Source: Patescibacteria group bacterium
Lineage (GTDB): Bacteria; Patescibacteriota; Dojkabacteria; JAKAPS01; JAJZLI01
DNA: 64,000 bases
NCBI GenBank assembly: GCA_023380695.1
Contig: JAMCRT010000030.1
Span: forward strand, 3,978-67,977
Reading direction: 5' to 3'
Under the pieces are notes generated by a model, which worked only from the letters and a program-made list of their open reading frames with translations, was not told the origin of the DNA and searched no databases. The first letter of the stretch is position 1. The number at the start of each line of letters is the position of its first letter. A program made the translations under genes and the position numbers. Shown here one piece after another: positions 1 through 9,995 of this stretch.

Positions 1-1016
1 ACATTAGAAAGTGCTTCATATTCTCTTTCTGGATCTATTATTATAATCTGTGTACCAAGCATTAATGATCTTAAAGCTTCCAATTTTACAAGATAACTTT
101 TCCCTGCACCTGATTTTGCAAAAATTACAGAATTTGCATTTTCCAGTTCAAATCTATCAAAAACAACTAAACTTTTATTTGCCTTATTTATACCATATAA
201 AACTCCTTTATCTGATGTAAGCTCAGAAGAAACAAATGGAAAAGTTGTGGCAATAGACGTTGTATCCATATTATGAGTGTAATATAGCTTATCGAAACAT
301 TCAGGAAGAGTACTCTGAAACCCTCCCTCCATCTGCAATGTTGTAGGTTTAATAATAAGAGACATAGCACCCAGAGTTGCTTCAAGATTTTTTGATATAT
401 CATTTAATTCCTCTATAGAATCTGCTTTAATTGTTATATATAGTGCAAAATGAAAATATCTTTCTGCACCTTTTGCCAAATCATCTTGAAGATTTTTTGC
501 ATCATCTAGAGCAACCTTCAAATTTGGATCTAATACTTTTCCAGAATCAATCATATTATTTGTAGTTGCTTCCATTTCAGCTATCTTTTTCCTTAACTGA
601 GAAAGTACTGCTACAGCAGATACAGGATAATAAAACATACTTATATCAATAGAATGTTCAAATGTAATAAGGGGAGATAGCCAATTTGGCACAACATATC
701 TTGGATATGCTAGAGCAAAATAAGTCTTGAAAAATTTCTCTCCTATTTTTATATATGAAAAATCAACTTCTATAGAAGGCGGTGCTATAAGATCTTTTAC
801 AGAATTTAAACCCTGTCTAAATGAAGTTAGCTCATCTTTATCTGTATTTATTGGTTGAGTATTTGCCTGTGCCTCAGATGCATTGGAAGGCCCAGTACTT
901 GCAGTGTTTTGATTCATATTAAGAATAACATTATCTTGAGAATTTACCTGCATATTTCCTTCTACAGCATTTGACGCTGAATTGTTTTTATTTGTATTTA
1001 AAAAAGGTAACTTCAT
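1..1016 (-). CDS. VirB4/TrbE-family type IV secretion ATPase, body of the protein. It is partial and continues beyond the window start.
   Basis: My translation of the minus strand from the ATG at 1016..1014 gives ...LIAPPSIEVDFSYIKIGEKFFKTYFALAYPRYVVPNWLSPL...FPFVSSELTSDKGVLYGINKANKSLVVFDRFELENANSVIFAKSGAGKSYLVKLEALRSL... This carries a Walker A motif (GAGKS) and the VirB4/TraE conserved blocks. The ORF runs off the window edge. The listed 188..403 ORF is an out-of-frame artefact inside it. Confidence 0.75.
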   Translation of the reverse strand, partial: MKLPFLNTNKNNSASNAVEGNMQVNSQDNVILNMNQNTASTGPSNASEAQANTQPINTDKDELTSFRQGLNSVKDLIAPPSIEVDFSYIKIGEKFFKTYFALAYPRYVVPNWLSPLITFEHSIDISMFYYPVSAVAVLSQLRKKIAEMEATTNNMIDSGKVLDPNLKVALDDAKNLQDDLAKGAERYFHFALYITIKADSIEELNDISKNLEATLGAMSLIIKPTTLQMEGGFQSTLPECFDKLYYTHNMDTTSIATTFPFVSSELTSDKGVLYGINKANKSLVVFDRFELENANSVIFAKSGAGKSYLVKLEALRSLMLGTQIIIIDPEREYEALSN

Positions 1017-1696
1017 GATTGAGATGATACTATTGGAGATACAAAATCTTCTAAATCACCACTAAGCTTTGCACTCATAGGATTATATGCACTATAGAAA
1101 AGTTTAACAAGGTCTGATGTCGTAAGTTGTTTTGAATGAATTCCCATACGTGCTATTTGTTTAATTATATGATCTCTTCTTGGATATAATCTTACCTTTG
1201 CCTGAGATATTAAATTGTCAACATTACTTATACCAGGTTCCTTTCCAAAAAATTGCTTTACAAATGATGGTCTTTTAGGATTCCATGCAAGATAAGGAAT
1301 AATTATATAGAAATGCTTATCCAGCACATTATTTTTTACAATTAAATCCTTTATAAATTTTCTATAAATATCTATTTGGTATTTAATTTTTGGAGATGGC
1401 TGCTTAGCCTTGTATTCATCAATATGCTTAAGATACCTTGATATATCAATACTCTCAGTTCTAATTAAAACCTGTACATAAAAATTTAGAGAATTTAGTA
1501 GCCCTGCAAATGCATAAATTTTAGATTCTTGTTCTACATTAGATAACAAATAAAAATTTACAGCAGAAGTCTCCATTACAATACAAACATTGCCATTTTT
1601 TAAAACTATTAAATCATCCTTAATGTCTACAATATCTAAATGTTCTTGAGTTGTAGCAACAATTGGAACTTTTTTTGGGTCAGATAGAAATGCCAT
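1013..1696 (-). CDS. VirB4-family N-terminal domain, encoded as a separate ORF that overlaps the ATPase body in an ATGA
   Basis: 227 aa: ...PIVATTQEHLDIVDIKDDLIVLKNGNVCIVMETSAVNFYLLSNVEQESKIYAFAGLLNSLNFYVQVLIRTESIDISRY... This matches the N-terminal domain pattern of Gram-positive-type VirB4 (TcpF/PrgJ/TraE-like). Its stop (TGA 1015..1013) overlaps the downstream ATG (1016..1014). Confidence 0.6.
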   Translation of the reverse strand: MAFLSDPKKVPIVATTQEHLDIVDIKDDLIVLKNGNVCIVMETSAVNFYLLSNVEQESKIYAFAGLLNSLNFYVQVLIRTESIDISRYLKHIDEYKAKQPSPKIKYQIDIYRKFIKDLIVKNNVLDKHFYIIIPYLAWNPKRPSFVKQFFGKEPGISNVDNLISQAKVRLYPRRDHIIKQIARMGIHSKQLTTSDLVKLFYSAYNPMSAKLSGDLEDFVSPIVSSQS

Positions 1697-1698
1697 AA

Positions 1699-3537
1699 TT
1701 AATTCTCCACAGGCACAAAAATTAATGGATTGATTTTACTCCCATCTAAATTCAATCCAACTGCATTAAAAGCAATTCCAGGATATGTAACCTCCACATT
1801 ATATTGCCCATTTGCAAGTGGAGTACGTAAATAAAATTGACCTAATTGATTTGTTTTTACTGCCCGTATTGGTTTTGATGACGTATCTTTAATTATAACA
1901 ATTGCATTCGTAAGTATTTTACTATCATGTGTCAATACAATACCAGATACAACATTTGGAGTATTAACAAAATCAGGTAAATGATTTATCAACTCTTGCT
2001 GATTTACCACAGGTGCTTCATCTTCCAAAGATTCTTTATTCTTGCCCAAATCCTCACTTTCCAATTCTTCTTTTAATCTTCTATTTTCATCCTCTAGCGC
2101 TTTTATCTTATCTAAAATAGTATTCAATTGATTTTGAGAGCCAGAATTAGATACTGAATCATTTACCGTTGATGTAGAATCTTGTACTACATTATCAGTA
2201 GGTACTGCATTTGGAGTAGACATGTTCACTGTATCACTAGAATTATTCTGCACATTACCTGTATTCGAAATATTTGAAGAAGAATTGCTATTTAGCAAAT
2301 TTTGCATATTATTATCCGTTCCTTCAACATTCGTATTAGTACTGTTATTGCTTACACTAGAATTTATGGGTATTGTATTAGATGTGGGCATATTCCCTGT
2401 ACTACTAGAAGCATCCTGTACATTGTTGGCATCTGAAATATTTTGAGAAGGATTGCTATTTAGTGAACCTTGTACATCATTATCTGTTCCTCCAATATTT
2501 GAACTAGTATTATCATTATTTATACTAGGATCTATTGAGGGCGCCTGATTTGGTATTACATCCCGAGTACTTGGATTTAAAGTATCATTAATGTCTATCT
2601 GTGATGTAGTTGTCATATTACTCCTGATAGAATTTTGTGTATTATTATCATTAGTTTGTGGTGTTGTTCCCAAATTTGATACATTTGAATTACTAGCATT
2701 ACTATATACATCATTGATGTCTATATTAGCACTTTGTACTGGAGTAGCTGATATATTATTCTCATCTATTGGATTTTGAAAAGCAGGATTTGGTCCTCCT
2801 GAATTTAAAAGACTGACATCTTCTGATTTTAAATTACTATTATTCTCATTTAATAACTGACTGTTTATATTAATATTTGCGCTTTCTGCTACATCATTTT
2901 TAGCAATATCTTCATTTGTATCATTTATATCAAATGGATTATATTCGGTATTAGTATTTTGGCTATCCATACCACCAATGTTCCTTGCTACACTTCCTTG
3001 ATTGTTTTGCACAGATACTGTATTTGGAATAGTACTTGGTGATATATTAGCACTCCTTATAGCACTATCAATATTTTGCATCATCAATTTTTCTCTGTCA
3101 TCCAATTGAGAAGAAGATTTAGTATTATCTGAGTTAGAAATTGTAAAATCTGCAGGAGACTGATATAAGAAATTTGATGCCTCCCTATTAACATATGATG
3201 GAGTATTCCTTCTAGATATTTTTAATATATCTGGAATATCTGTACTTTTATTAAATACCCTTTGTGTTGGATTTTTTATTGATACAATAAAGTTTGTAAG
3301 AAAAGTATCTGCAGGTCTCCCGTCAATCGGAACAAACGCAAGAAACATTGCAAGAAGTAAAAATATTACAGTGAGTATTATTGTAAGAGAAGTATTTACA
3401 TGAAAAACATAAAACATAAACCCTATAAACAATGGAACCGCAATATATGCAAATTGTTTTAAAGACATATCTCCTATTAGTTTGAATTCTACACTCATTA
3501 TATTTTGAGGAATTGCGTGTTCTTTAGTCCCTTCCAT
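1699..3537 (-). CDS. PrgI/VirB3-like two-TM N-terminus fused to a long Asn/Ser/Thr-rich low-complexity region, a coiled coil and a C-terminal prealbumin-like (carboxypeptidase-regulatory-like) domain
   Basis: N-terminus MSVEFKLIGDMSLKQFAYIAVPLFIGFMFYVF followed by a second TM helix, typical of PrgI-family T4SS proteins. About 350 aa of N/S/T/Q-rich sequence follows. Then a KALEDENRRLKEELE coiled coil. The C-terminus GQFYLRTPLANGQYNVEVTYPGIAFNAVGLNLDG looks like a CarbopepD_reg fold. It lies immediately upstream of the VirB4 ORFs on the same strand. Confidence 0.45.
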   Translation of the reverse strand: MEGTKEHAIPQNIMSVEFKLIGDMSLKQFAYIAVPLFIGFMFYVFHVNTSLTIILTVIFLLLAMFLAFVPIDGRPADTFLTNFIVSIKNPTQRVFNKSTDIPDILKISRRNTPSYVNREASNFLYQSPADFTISNSDNTKSSSQLDDREKLMMQNIDSAIRSANISPSTIPNTVSVQNNQGSVARNIGGMDSQNTNTEYNPFDINDTNEDIAKNDVAESANININSQLLNENNSNLKSEDVSLLNSGGPNPAFQNPIDENNISATPVQSANIDINDVYSNASNSNVSNLGTTPQTNDNNTQNSIRSNMTTTSQIDINDTLNPSTRDVIPNQAPSIDPSINNDNTSSNIGGTDNDVQGSLNSNPSQNISDANNVQDASSSTGNMPTSNTIPINSSVSNNSTNTNVEGTDNNMQNLLNSNSSSNISNTGNVQNNSSDTVNMSTPNAVPTDNVVQDSTSTVNDSVSNSGSQNQLNTILDKIKALEDENRRLKEELESEDLGKNKESLEDEAPVVNQQELINHLPDFVNTPNVVSGIVLTHDSKILTNAIVIIKDTSSKPIRAVKTNQLGQFYLRTPLANGQYNVEVTYPGIAFNAVGLNLDGSKINPLIFVPVEN

Positions 3538-3695
3538 ATATATAAAGATAGCATAAATTACATTCTATTAAAAGAAAGCAAAATAGATAAAAATATTGCT
3601 AGTTAGTAGATAAAATACGATAATATCAACATATATATAAATTTTATATATATGATTTATTGCAATATTAAATTCTTAAAAATATAATAGAAAAG

Positions 3696-4562
3696 ATGAA
3701 AATGCAAAAAATCACAAAGGCCGTTATTGCTATTGCAGGATATGGTACAAGATTTCTTCCTGCAACAAAAGTACAGCCAAAAGAAATGCTTTCTATAATT
3801 GATAAACCAGTAATCCAATATATTGTAGAAGAATTAATAGACTCAGGAATAAAAGATATAATAATGGTAACAAGGGGCCAATATACTCTAGAGAGTCATT
3901 TTGATAATAATATAGATTTAGAAGTTTTCTTAGAAAAAAATAATAAAACAGAAATATTAAAAGAATTAATACAGCTTCCTAAAAAAGCAAACTATATCTA
4001 TGTAAGACAAAAGAAACATCTTCCCTATGGAAATGGTACTCCACTATTAGTTGCAAAAAATCTTATTAAAGATGAAGAAAATTTTGTATATGTTTTTGGA
4101 GATGACCTTGTAAAATCAAAAACTCCAGGTACAGCACAACTAATAGATTATTCCTATAAAAATCCCTCTAAAATAATAATTGCAACTCAAAATGTTGCAA
4201 AATCAGATGTATCTAAATATGGAATAGTAAAACTTGGTAAAGATAATAAAACTGTAGAAAATATAATTGAAAAACCCAAAATCGAAGATGCTCCAACAAC
4301 TCTTGCAACATTTGGAAGATTTATATTAAATAAAGAGGTAATAACAGAATTATCAAAGAAAAAAATTGGGAAAGATAGAGAATTATGGCTAATGGACGCA
4401 ATATCCACACTTGCAAAACAAAATAAAGTAATATCGTTAAATATTGAAGGATTATGGCTTACAACGGGAGATCCTCTCAATTTTATAATAACAACACTTG
4501 AGTATGCAAAAGATAGAAAAGACTTATGGGAAGGTATAAAAAAATATATAAATGGTATATGA
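3696..4562 (+). CDS. galU: UTP-glucose-1-phosphate uridylyltransferase
   Basis: AVIAIAGYGTRFLPATKVQPKEMLSIIDKPVIQYIVEE is the classic GalU N-terminal nucleotidyltransferase motif. Confidence 0.9.
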   Translation: MKMQKITKAVIAIAGYGTRFLPATKVQPKEMLSIIDKPVIQYIVEELIDSGIKDIIMVTRGQYTLESHFDNNIDLEVFLEKNNKTEILKELIQLPKKANYIYVRQKKHLPYGNGTPLLVAKNLIKDEENFVYVFGDDLVKSKTPGTAQLIDYSYKNPSKIIIATQNVAKSDVSKYGIVKLGKDNKTVENIIEKPKIEDAPTTLATFGRFILNKEVITELSKKKIGKDRELWLMDAISTLAKQNKVISLNIEGLWLTTGDPLNFIITTLEYAKDRKDLWEGIKKYINGI

Positions 4563-5940
4563 TAGTACTATGGAAAATGAAAATATACCATCAGCATTTA
4601 CTGAAAATATAATAAATAACCAAAATATAGAAAAGAAAAGAAAAAGACTATATATCATTTTTATTGTTATATTTGCTCTAATAATAATAATTGGAGTTTT
4701 TGCATTTCTCTACATAGGAGGATACATAAAACAAAAAACAGTAGTCCCAAATAAACATATCACACTTACAATGTGGGGAATAAGACAACCTCAGAGTGTA
4801 TATCAAAGTGTAATTAATGAATATGAGAAAGCAAATCCAAATGTTACAATTCAATATACACAGATCCCAGACAAATATTATTTAAGCACACTTTTCAATA
4901 AAGTGCGCTCTGGAGTTGCAGTTCCAGATATTATTACAATAGGAAACACATATCTTCCTTTATTTCAAAACTATCTTACACCAGCTCCTCAAAACATTAT
5001 AAATTTCGAAACATTTAAAAAAGAATTTTACCCTACCGCAGTAAGTGATCTTACAAATAATAGACAAATTTATGGACTACCACTAGAATATGACGGCCTT
5101 GCATTAATGTATAATAAACAAGAACTTACAGCAGCAGGATTTAGTAGGCCTTCAGAAAATTTTAATACATTTGTATCACAGATACCAAAACTTGTAGTAA
5201 AAAATAAAAATGGACAAGTTACACAAGCTGCAATAGATATAGGAACAAATACATCAAATATCTATAATGCATCAAATATCTTAACATACCTAATGTTTCT
5301 ATCTGGAACACAAATGACAACATCACACAGTGTCACCTTCGCAAATTCAGCATCAGGAACAGATGCATTGAATGTATACAACAATATAGCAAAGATATCA
5401 GGATGGAATAGCATATTTCCTTCTGCTGTATATGCATTTGCCAAAGGAGATGTAGCTATGATATTTGCGCCATCTTGGCAGATACAAAATATTCTAAATA
5501 TAAATCCATCTCTGAGTCTGGGAGTAGAAGAACCTCCTCAAATACCAGGAAAATCTGTAAACCTATCTTTGTACTTTGCAAAAGCAGTTCCAAGGGGAGC
5601 ATTGCATCCAAATAGTGCATGGAAATTTCTTGTATATCTTTCATCTAAAAATTCACTTTTAATGCTTTTTAAAAATGAACTGTCTGCAGGAGAAAAGATG
5701 GGAGAGACATTCCCAAGAATAGATATGGCAAACCTTGCATTAAATTACCCATACATGCAGGCTTTTACAGGAATGGCTCCTACTTCAAAATCTTGGCACA
5801 TAGGAGATTATATAGCAGTATCAAATATTTTTGATCAAGTGATTGAAGGTAAAATTACTCTAGTCCAGGCTCAAAGTGAAGTACTCTCAATATTAGTAAA
5901 AATTGCAAATGGGACATATTCTATCCCTCCAGGAGAATAA
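4552..5940 (+). CDS. Membrane-anchored extracellular solute-binding protein-like (SBP family 1-like)
   Basis: N-terminal TM helix. Then LTMWGIRQP...NPNVTIQYTQIP...PDIITIGNTYLP and IYGLPLEYDGLALMYNKQELTAAGF resemble family-1 sugar SBPs. Confidence 0.5.
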   Translation: MVYDSTMENENIPSAFTENIINNQNIEKKRKRLYIIFIVIFALIIIIGVFAFLYIGGYIKQKTVVPNKHITLTMWGIRQPQSVYQSVINEYEKANPNVTIQYTQIPDKYYLSTLFNKVRSGVAVPDIITIGNTYLPLFQNYLTPAPQNIINFETFKKEFYPTAVSDLTNNRQIYGLPLEYDGLALMYNKQELTAAGFSRPSENFNTFVSQIPKLVVKNKNGQVTQAAIDIGTNTSNIYNASNILTYLMFLSGTQMTTSHSVTFANSASGTDALNVYNNIAKISGWNSIFPSAVYAFAKGDVAMIFAPSWQIQNILNINPSLSLGVEEPPQIPGKSVNLSLYFAKAVPRGALHPNSAWKFLVYLSSKNSLLMLFKNELSAGEKMGETFPRIDMANLALNYPYMQAFTGMAPTSKSWHIGDYIAVSNIFDQVIEGKITLVQAQSEVLSILVKIANGTYSIPPGE

Positions 5941-7612
5941 ATATATGGATATAAAGGAACTGTTAATAGAAAATAATTATCTTACACCACAACAATATGA
6001 AGCTTTAGAACAAAAAGCTAAACAAATTTCAAGCTCAATAGATGAACTTCTAATATCTCAAAATATAATAACAGAAGATCAATTAGGCGCTTTGATTGAA
6101 AAGAAATACTCTATTCCTTTTATCAATCTAAGTAATGTAGCAATAAATCCGGAAATAATAAAAATAATACCTGAAAAAACCTCCCTTACAAAAAAAATAG
6201 TAGCATTTGAAAAAACAGTATCTACTCTAAAAATTGGAATGGTAAACCCAAGAGATATAAATACAATAGAATTTATAAAGAAAGGTACAGGATATAATAT
6301 TGACCCATACTATATAACAGAAAAATCATTCTATGAAGCATTAAAATTTTATAAAACTTCAATAAAGGAAGAATTAAAAGATTTAATAGAAAAAACAACT
6401 AAAGATGTAAAAAATATTGGGGAGAATGACACAGAAGCACTGCCAATAATAAAAATAACAGACAAGATTTTTGAATATGCAAATACAATGGGAGCATCAG
6501 ATATACACATAGAACCTCAAGAAAAAGATGCAATAATTAGATACAGAATAGACGGTATATTACATGATCAAGCTACCCTTTCTACACATATATATCAGGC
6601 AGTAATTGCAAGAATAAAAATACTGGCAAATTTAAAAATTGATGAACATAGACTTCCTCAAGATGGAAGATTTAAAACAAAAATAAATGATCTTGATATA
6701 TCTTTTAGAGTCTCTATTATGCCTGTATATTATGGAGAAGTAGTGGTGGCAAGATTGCTTGAAAGTAGTGCCAAGGAATACTCTTTAGATGTCCTAGGTT
6801 TCACAGATAGAGATCTTAGTGTTGTATCAGACTCTATAAAGAAAACTGTTGGAATGATACTAGTTACAGGACCCACAGGCTCTGGAAAAAGTACAACTTT
6901 GTACACAATGCTATCTTTAGTCAATAATCCTGAAGTTAATATTGATACAATAGAAGATCCAATTGAATATAGCATGACAAGAATAAATCAAACTCAAATA
7001 GCTCCACAAATTGGACTTACATTTGCATCAGGTCTTAGAGCATTTCTAAGACAAGACCCTGATATTTTGATGGTAGGAGAAATACGAGACAATGAGACTG
7101 CAGATATTGCAGTAAATGCTGCAATGACAGGACATCTTGTATTATCAACATTACACACAAACAATGCAATTGGGGCAATACCAAGACTCCTAGATATGGG
7201 AGTAGAACCATTTCTTGTATCATCAACTCTAAACCTTATTATTGCGCAAAGGTTAGTTAGGAAACTTTGTAATTCATGTAAAGAAAAATATACTTTGGAT
7301 AAGAAATTACTGGCAGTACTAAAATCACAAATGACAAAAATGGGTATATCTATAAACTTTGATGTAAAAAACCTATTTAAAGCTAAAGGATGTCAGTACT
7401 GTTCAAATGGATATAAAGGAAGAATAGGAATATATGAGGTTATAGAGGTTGATGATATAATCAAGGGAATGATATCAAGAAATGAGAACATAAATGAAAT
7501 AGAAAAAATTGCAAAGAAAAATGGAATGACATTGATGATGGAAGATGGAATTAAAAAAGCAATGAATGGCATTACCTCAATTGAAGAAGTACTACGAGTT
7601 ACTAAAGAATAA
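5903..7612 (+). CDS. pilB: Type IV pilus assembly ATPase (GspE/PilB family)
   Basis: N-terminal GspII_E-like domain. Walker A motif GPTGSGKSTTLYTML. Conserved Asp/His boxes. C-terminal CxxC...CxxC tetracysteine. Confidence 0.9.
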   Translation: MQMGHILSLQENKYMDIKELLIENNYLTPQQYEALEQKAKQISSSIDELLISQNIITEDQLGALIEKKYSIPFINLSNVAINPEIIKIIPEKTSLTKKIVAFEKTVSTLKIGMVNPRDINTIEFIKKGTGYNIDPYYITEKSFYEALKFYKTSIKEELKDLIEKTTKDVKNIGENDTEALPIIKITDKIFEYANTMGASDIHIEPQEKDAIIRYRIDGILHDQATLSTHIYQAVIARIKILANLKIDEHRLPQDGRFKTKINDLDISFRVSIMPVYYGEVVVARLLESSAKEYSLDVLGFTDRDLSVVSDSIKKTVGMILVTGPTGSGKSTTLYTMLSLVNNPEVNIDTIEDPIEYSMTRINQTQIAPQIGLTFASGLRAFLRQDPDILMVGEIRDNETADIAVNAAMTGHLVLSTLHTNNAIGAIPRLLDMGVEPFLVSSTLNLIIAQRLVRKLCNSCKEKYTLDKKLLAVLKSQMTKMGISINFDVKNLFKAKGCQYCSNGYKGRIGIYEVIEVDDIIKGMISRNENINEIEKIAKKNGMTLMMEDGIKKAMNGITSIEEVLRVTKE

Positions 7613-8326
7613 ATGAAAGAAGAATTCAAACTATCAAATACAGATAGAATATTAATAGTATCGCCACATCCTGATGACGAAACTCTATGTGCAGGTGGAT
7701 TAATTCAAAGAATAGCAAACTCTAAAATACCAATAAAAATAATTTTCATGACAAACGGAGATAGATTCATATCAAGTTTTAAATTTGATACTCCTTTTAA
7801 AAGAATAAATACTGAAAATCTGCTTGATTTTGGAAAAAAAAGACAAAGAGAGGCAATTTCTGCACTAAATATTTTAGGAATAGATAAAAAAGATATCATC
7901 TTCTTATCATTGCCAGATAAAGCTATAAAAGGACTATATCTAAAAAATGAAATCAACTCACTTATAAATATATTAAATTCTTTCAATCCAACAAAAATAG
8001 TATATCCTACAGAAATTGACAGACACAAAGATCATAAATTTACATCTCTGATTGTAAAAAAATATCTTTCCCTAGAAAACCTAAATCCAGAGAAATATAC
8101 TTATCTTACACATCATAAATTATGGCCGATATTTCAAAATAAAAAAAATATATATCCCCCTAAAACTCTTTCAGGCAATACATGGGTAAATCTATATCTT
8201 TCAGAAAGTGAAAAACACATTAAAAGTGAGGCTCTCTCTCAATATAAAACACAAAAAAAATTAACATTTCCATTTTTTAAAGCATTTGAAAAAAACAATG
8301 AACTGTTTATAAAAGAGAAAGATTAA
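7613..8326 (+). CDS. PIG-L/LmbE-family N-acetylglucosaminyl deacetylase
   Basis: ILIVSPHPDDETLCAGG is the hallmark motif. Confidence 0.8.
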   Translation: MKEEFKLSNTDRILIVSPHPDDETLCAGGLIQRIANSKIPIKIIFMTNGDRFISSFKFDTPFKRINTENLLDFGKKRQREAISALNILGIDKKDIIFLSLPDKAIKGLYLKNEINSLINILNSFNPTKIVYPTEIDRHKDHKFTSLIVKKYLSLENLNPEKYTYLTHHKLWPIFQNKKNIYPPKTLSGNTWVNLYLSESEKHIKSEALSQYKTQKKLTFPFFKAFEKNNELFIKEKD

Positions 8327-8422
8327 ATTAATTAATATTATGTTAATATACTACCAACATTTTTCTTTGTTATTATTGTCATTTTAATTGTCTATAAATT
8401 CACACACTGTTTTATAATTTCA

Positions 8423-8638
8423 ATGTTATTTTTTAAATCATTGAATAAATTAAATAATTTAACGAATGACATTTTTTTATTACAAAGTATTGATGATCCA
8501 ATTGTTCCAGTAACAAATGCCCAAAAATATCACAAAGAATTATCTAATTCCAAAGTTATAATGTTCAAAGATAAAGGTCATTTTAATCAAAACACATTTC
8601 CTGAACTTGAAAGACTAATACGTAAACTATATGTGTAA
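8423..8638 (+). pseudogene. C-terminal fragment of an alpha/beta-hydrolase; the N-terminus is absent
   Basis: The 71 aa ORF ends ...IVPVTNAQKYHKELSNSKVIMFKDKGHFNQNTFPELERLIRKLYV, which is only the last beta-strand and helix of an alpha/beta hydrolase. There is no room upstream for the rest. The 3' end is duplicated again at 8866-8925. Confidence 0.5.
8578..8637. repeat. Direct repeat copy 1. It is the 3' end of the hydrolase fragment and is repeated at 8866-8925 with about 75% identity.
   Basis: ggtcattttaatcaaaacacatttcctgaacttgaaagactaata... compared with ggtcattttacgcaaactgcatttcctgaattcgaaaaactaata... Confidence 0.6.
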
Positions 8639-8865
8639 GTGAAATTAATTTCTGCGCTAAATATTTTAGTCACTTATTTTAAGATAAAATCAATTCCAAA
8701 ATTTATTGAACAAGCTAGAAAGCTTACAATATATTTATGTAAACATAATCACCAAGATTAGTTCCCGTAAATAGTGCTAAAAACAGGAATGAAGTCCCGT
8801 AATTAATACTAGAATCAGACGTATGATACCAAAATTAATACAAAGTTCAGTTCTAGAAAACATAA

Positions 8866-8925
8866 GGTCATTTTACGCAAACTGCATTTCCTGAATTCGA
8901 AAAACTAATATATAATAAATGCATG
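8866..8925. repeat. Direct repeat copy 2 (degenerate duplicate of the hydrolase 3' end)
   Basis: See copy 1. In frame it reads KVILRKLHFLNSKN*, a decayed copy. Confidence 0.6.
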
Positions 8926-9960
8926 CATATATACTTTTCTACGTTCATAACAGGGCTATCTGATATTATAGAGAAAGAATTAAAAGAAAAAATAGAAGAT
9001 GTATCAATTAAATTAATACAAGACACATTTATCATATATGAAACGAGTGTCCCAAAAGATAGAATTACATCTCTTCGTTTTTTTAATAATACATTTGTAC
9101 TTGTAAAAACATTCAAAACTATTGATACTAGTACAAAAGCAATTAATAAAATAATAAAAGAAACTATAAATGATCAAGAGTTTTTTCATCATTTAAACAA
9201 AAATATCCCAAAAAAGAAAAATAGTTTTCGTATTGTTATATCAGTAGATAATCAAATGGTTAGTCCTGATAAAAATGTTTTATATAAACTAGAAAATAAA
9301 ATTAGTGAAAAATTAAATATGCAGATTCATAGATCTCTACCTGATGTTGAACTCTGGTATTTTATAAGAAGAGAAGGTAATGCATACTTTGGAGTTAGAC
9401 TAACAACACACACTGAATATACAAAAATCCTTAATAAAGGAGAACTACACCCAGAACTTGCAAACATACTCTGTTATTTATCTGAGCCCTCAAAGACAGA
9501 TATATTTCTAGATCCTTTTGCAGGATCAGGCGCAATACCTATTGAGAGAGCTATAGCTTTTCCATATAACAAAATTATTGCAGGAGATTACAGCATACAT
9601 GTTATAAAAACCTTAAAAATTAAAACAAATAAAGTAAAAAAAATTATTGAAGTTAAAAAAGTAGATGCCTTAACTATGAGTAACTTTAAAGATAAAACTA
9701 TAAACAAAATTGTTACTGATCCACCATGGGGAATTAATATAGGAAAAGAACTTGATCTTGAATATTTTTACAGAACTATGCTTCAAGAATTTTATAGAAT
9801 TCTAAAAATAAATGGAATTATCGTTATATTGATAGGAAAGAAAGATATATTTGAAAATGTATTATTAGAATTTAGTAACCAATTACAACTTAAACAACAA
9901 TATAACATATTGGTTTCTGGGAAAAAGGCAGGCATATATAAATTACGAAAATATATATAA
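8923..9960 (+). CDS. THUMP-like / class I SAM-dependent methyltransferase (RlmL/Trm14-like RNA methyltransferase)
   Basis: FLDPFAGSGAIPIERA is a SAM motif I. TDPPWG is a catalytic motif IV. Confidence 0.7.
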   Translation: MHIYFSTFITGLSDIIEKELKEKIEDVSIKLIQDTFIIYETSVPKDRITSLRFFNNTFVLVKTFKTIDTSTKAINKIIKETINDQEFFHHLNKNIPKKKNSFRIVISVDNQMVSPDKNVLYKLENKISEKLNMQIHRSLPDVELWYFIRREGNAYFGVRLTTHTEYTKILNKGELHPELANILCYLSEPSKTDIFLDPFAGSGAIPIERAIAFPYNKIIAGDYSIHVIKTLKIKTNKVKKIIEVKKVDALTMSNFKDKTINKIVTDPPWGINIGKELDLEYFYRTMLQEFYRILKINGIIVILIGKKDIFENVLLEFSNQLQLKQQYNILVSGKKAGIYKLRKYI

Positions 9961-9995
9961 GTTGCTAATAAAATATTTCTTACTAATTATATCTT

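Noticed and set aside
188-403. 71-aa minus-strand ORF
   Set aside because: It lies out of frame inside the VirB4 ATPase coding region. The real gene is the long edge-truncated ORF.
2222-2779. Plus-strand ORFs (74 aa and 62 aa) antisense to the N/S/T-rich protein
   Set aside because: They are artefacts of low-complexity repetitive coding sequence on the opposite strand, with no independent support.
4187-7629. Several 60-100 aa antisense ORFs inside galU, the SBP-like gene and pilB
   Set aside because: They are embedded in strongly supported genes on the other strand. Their composition is typical of AT-rich antisense frames.
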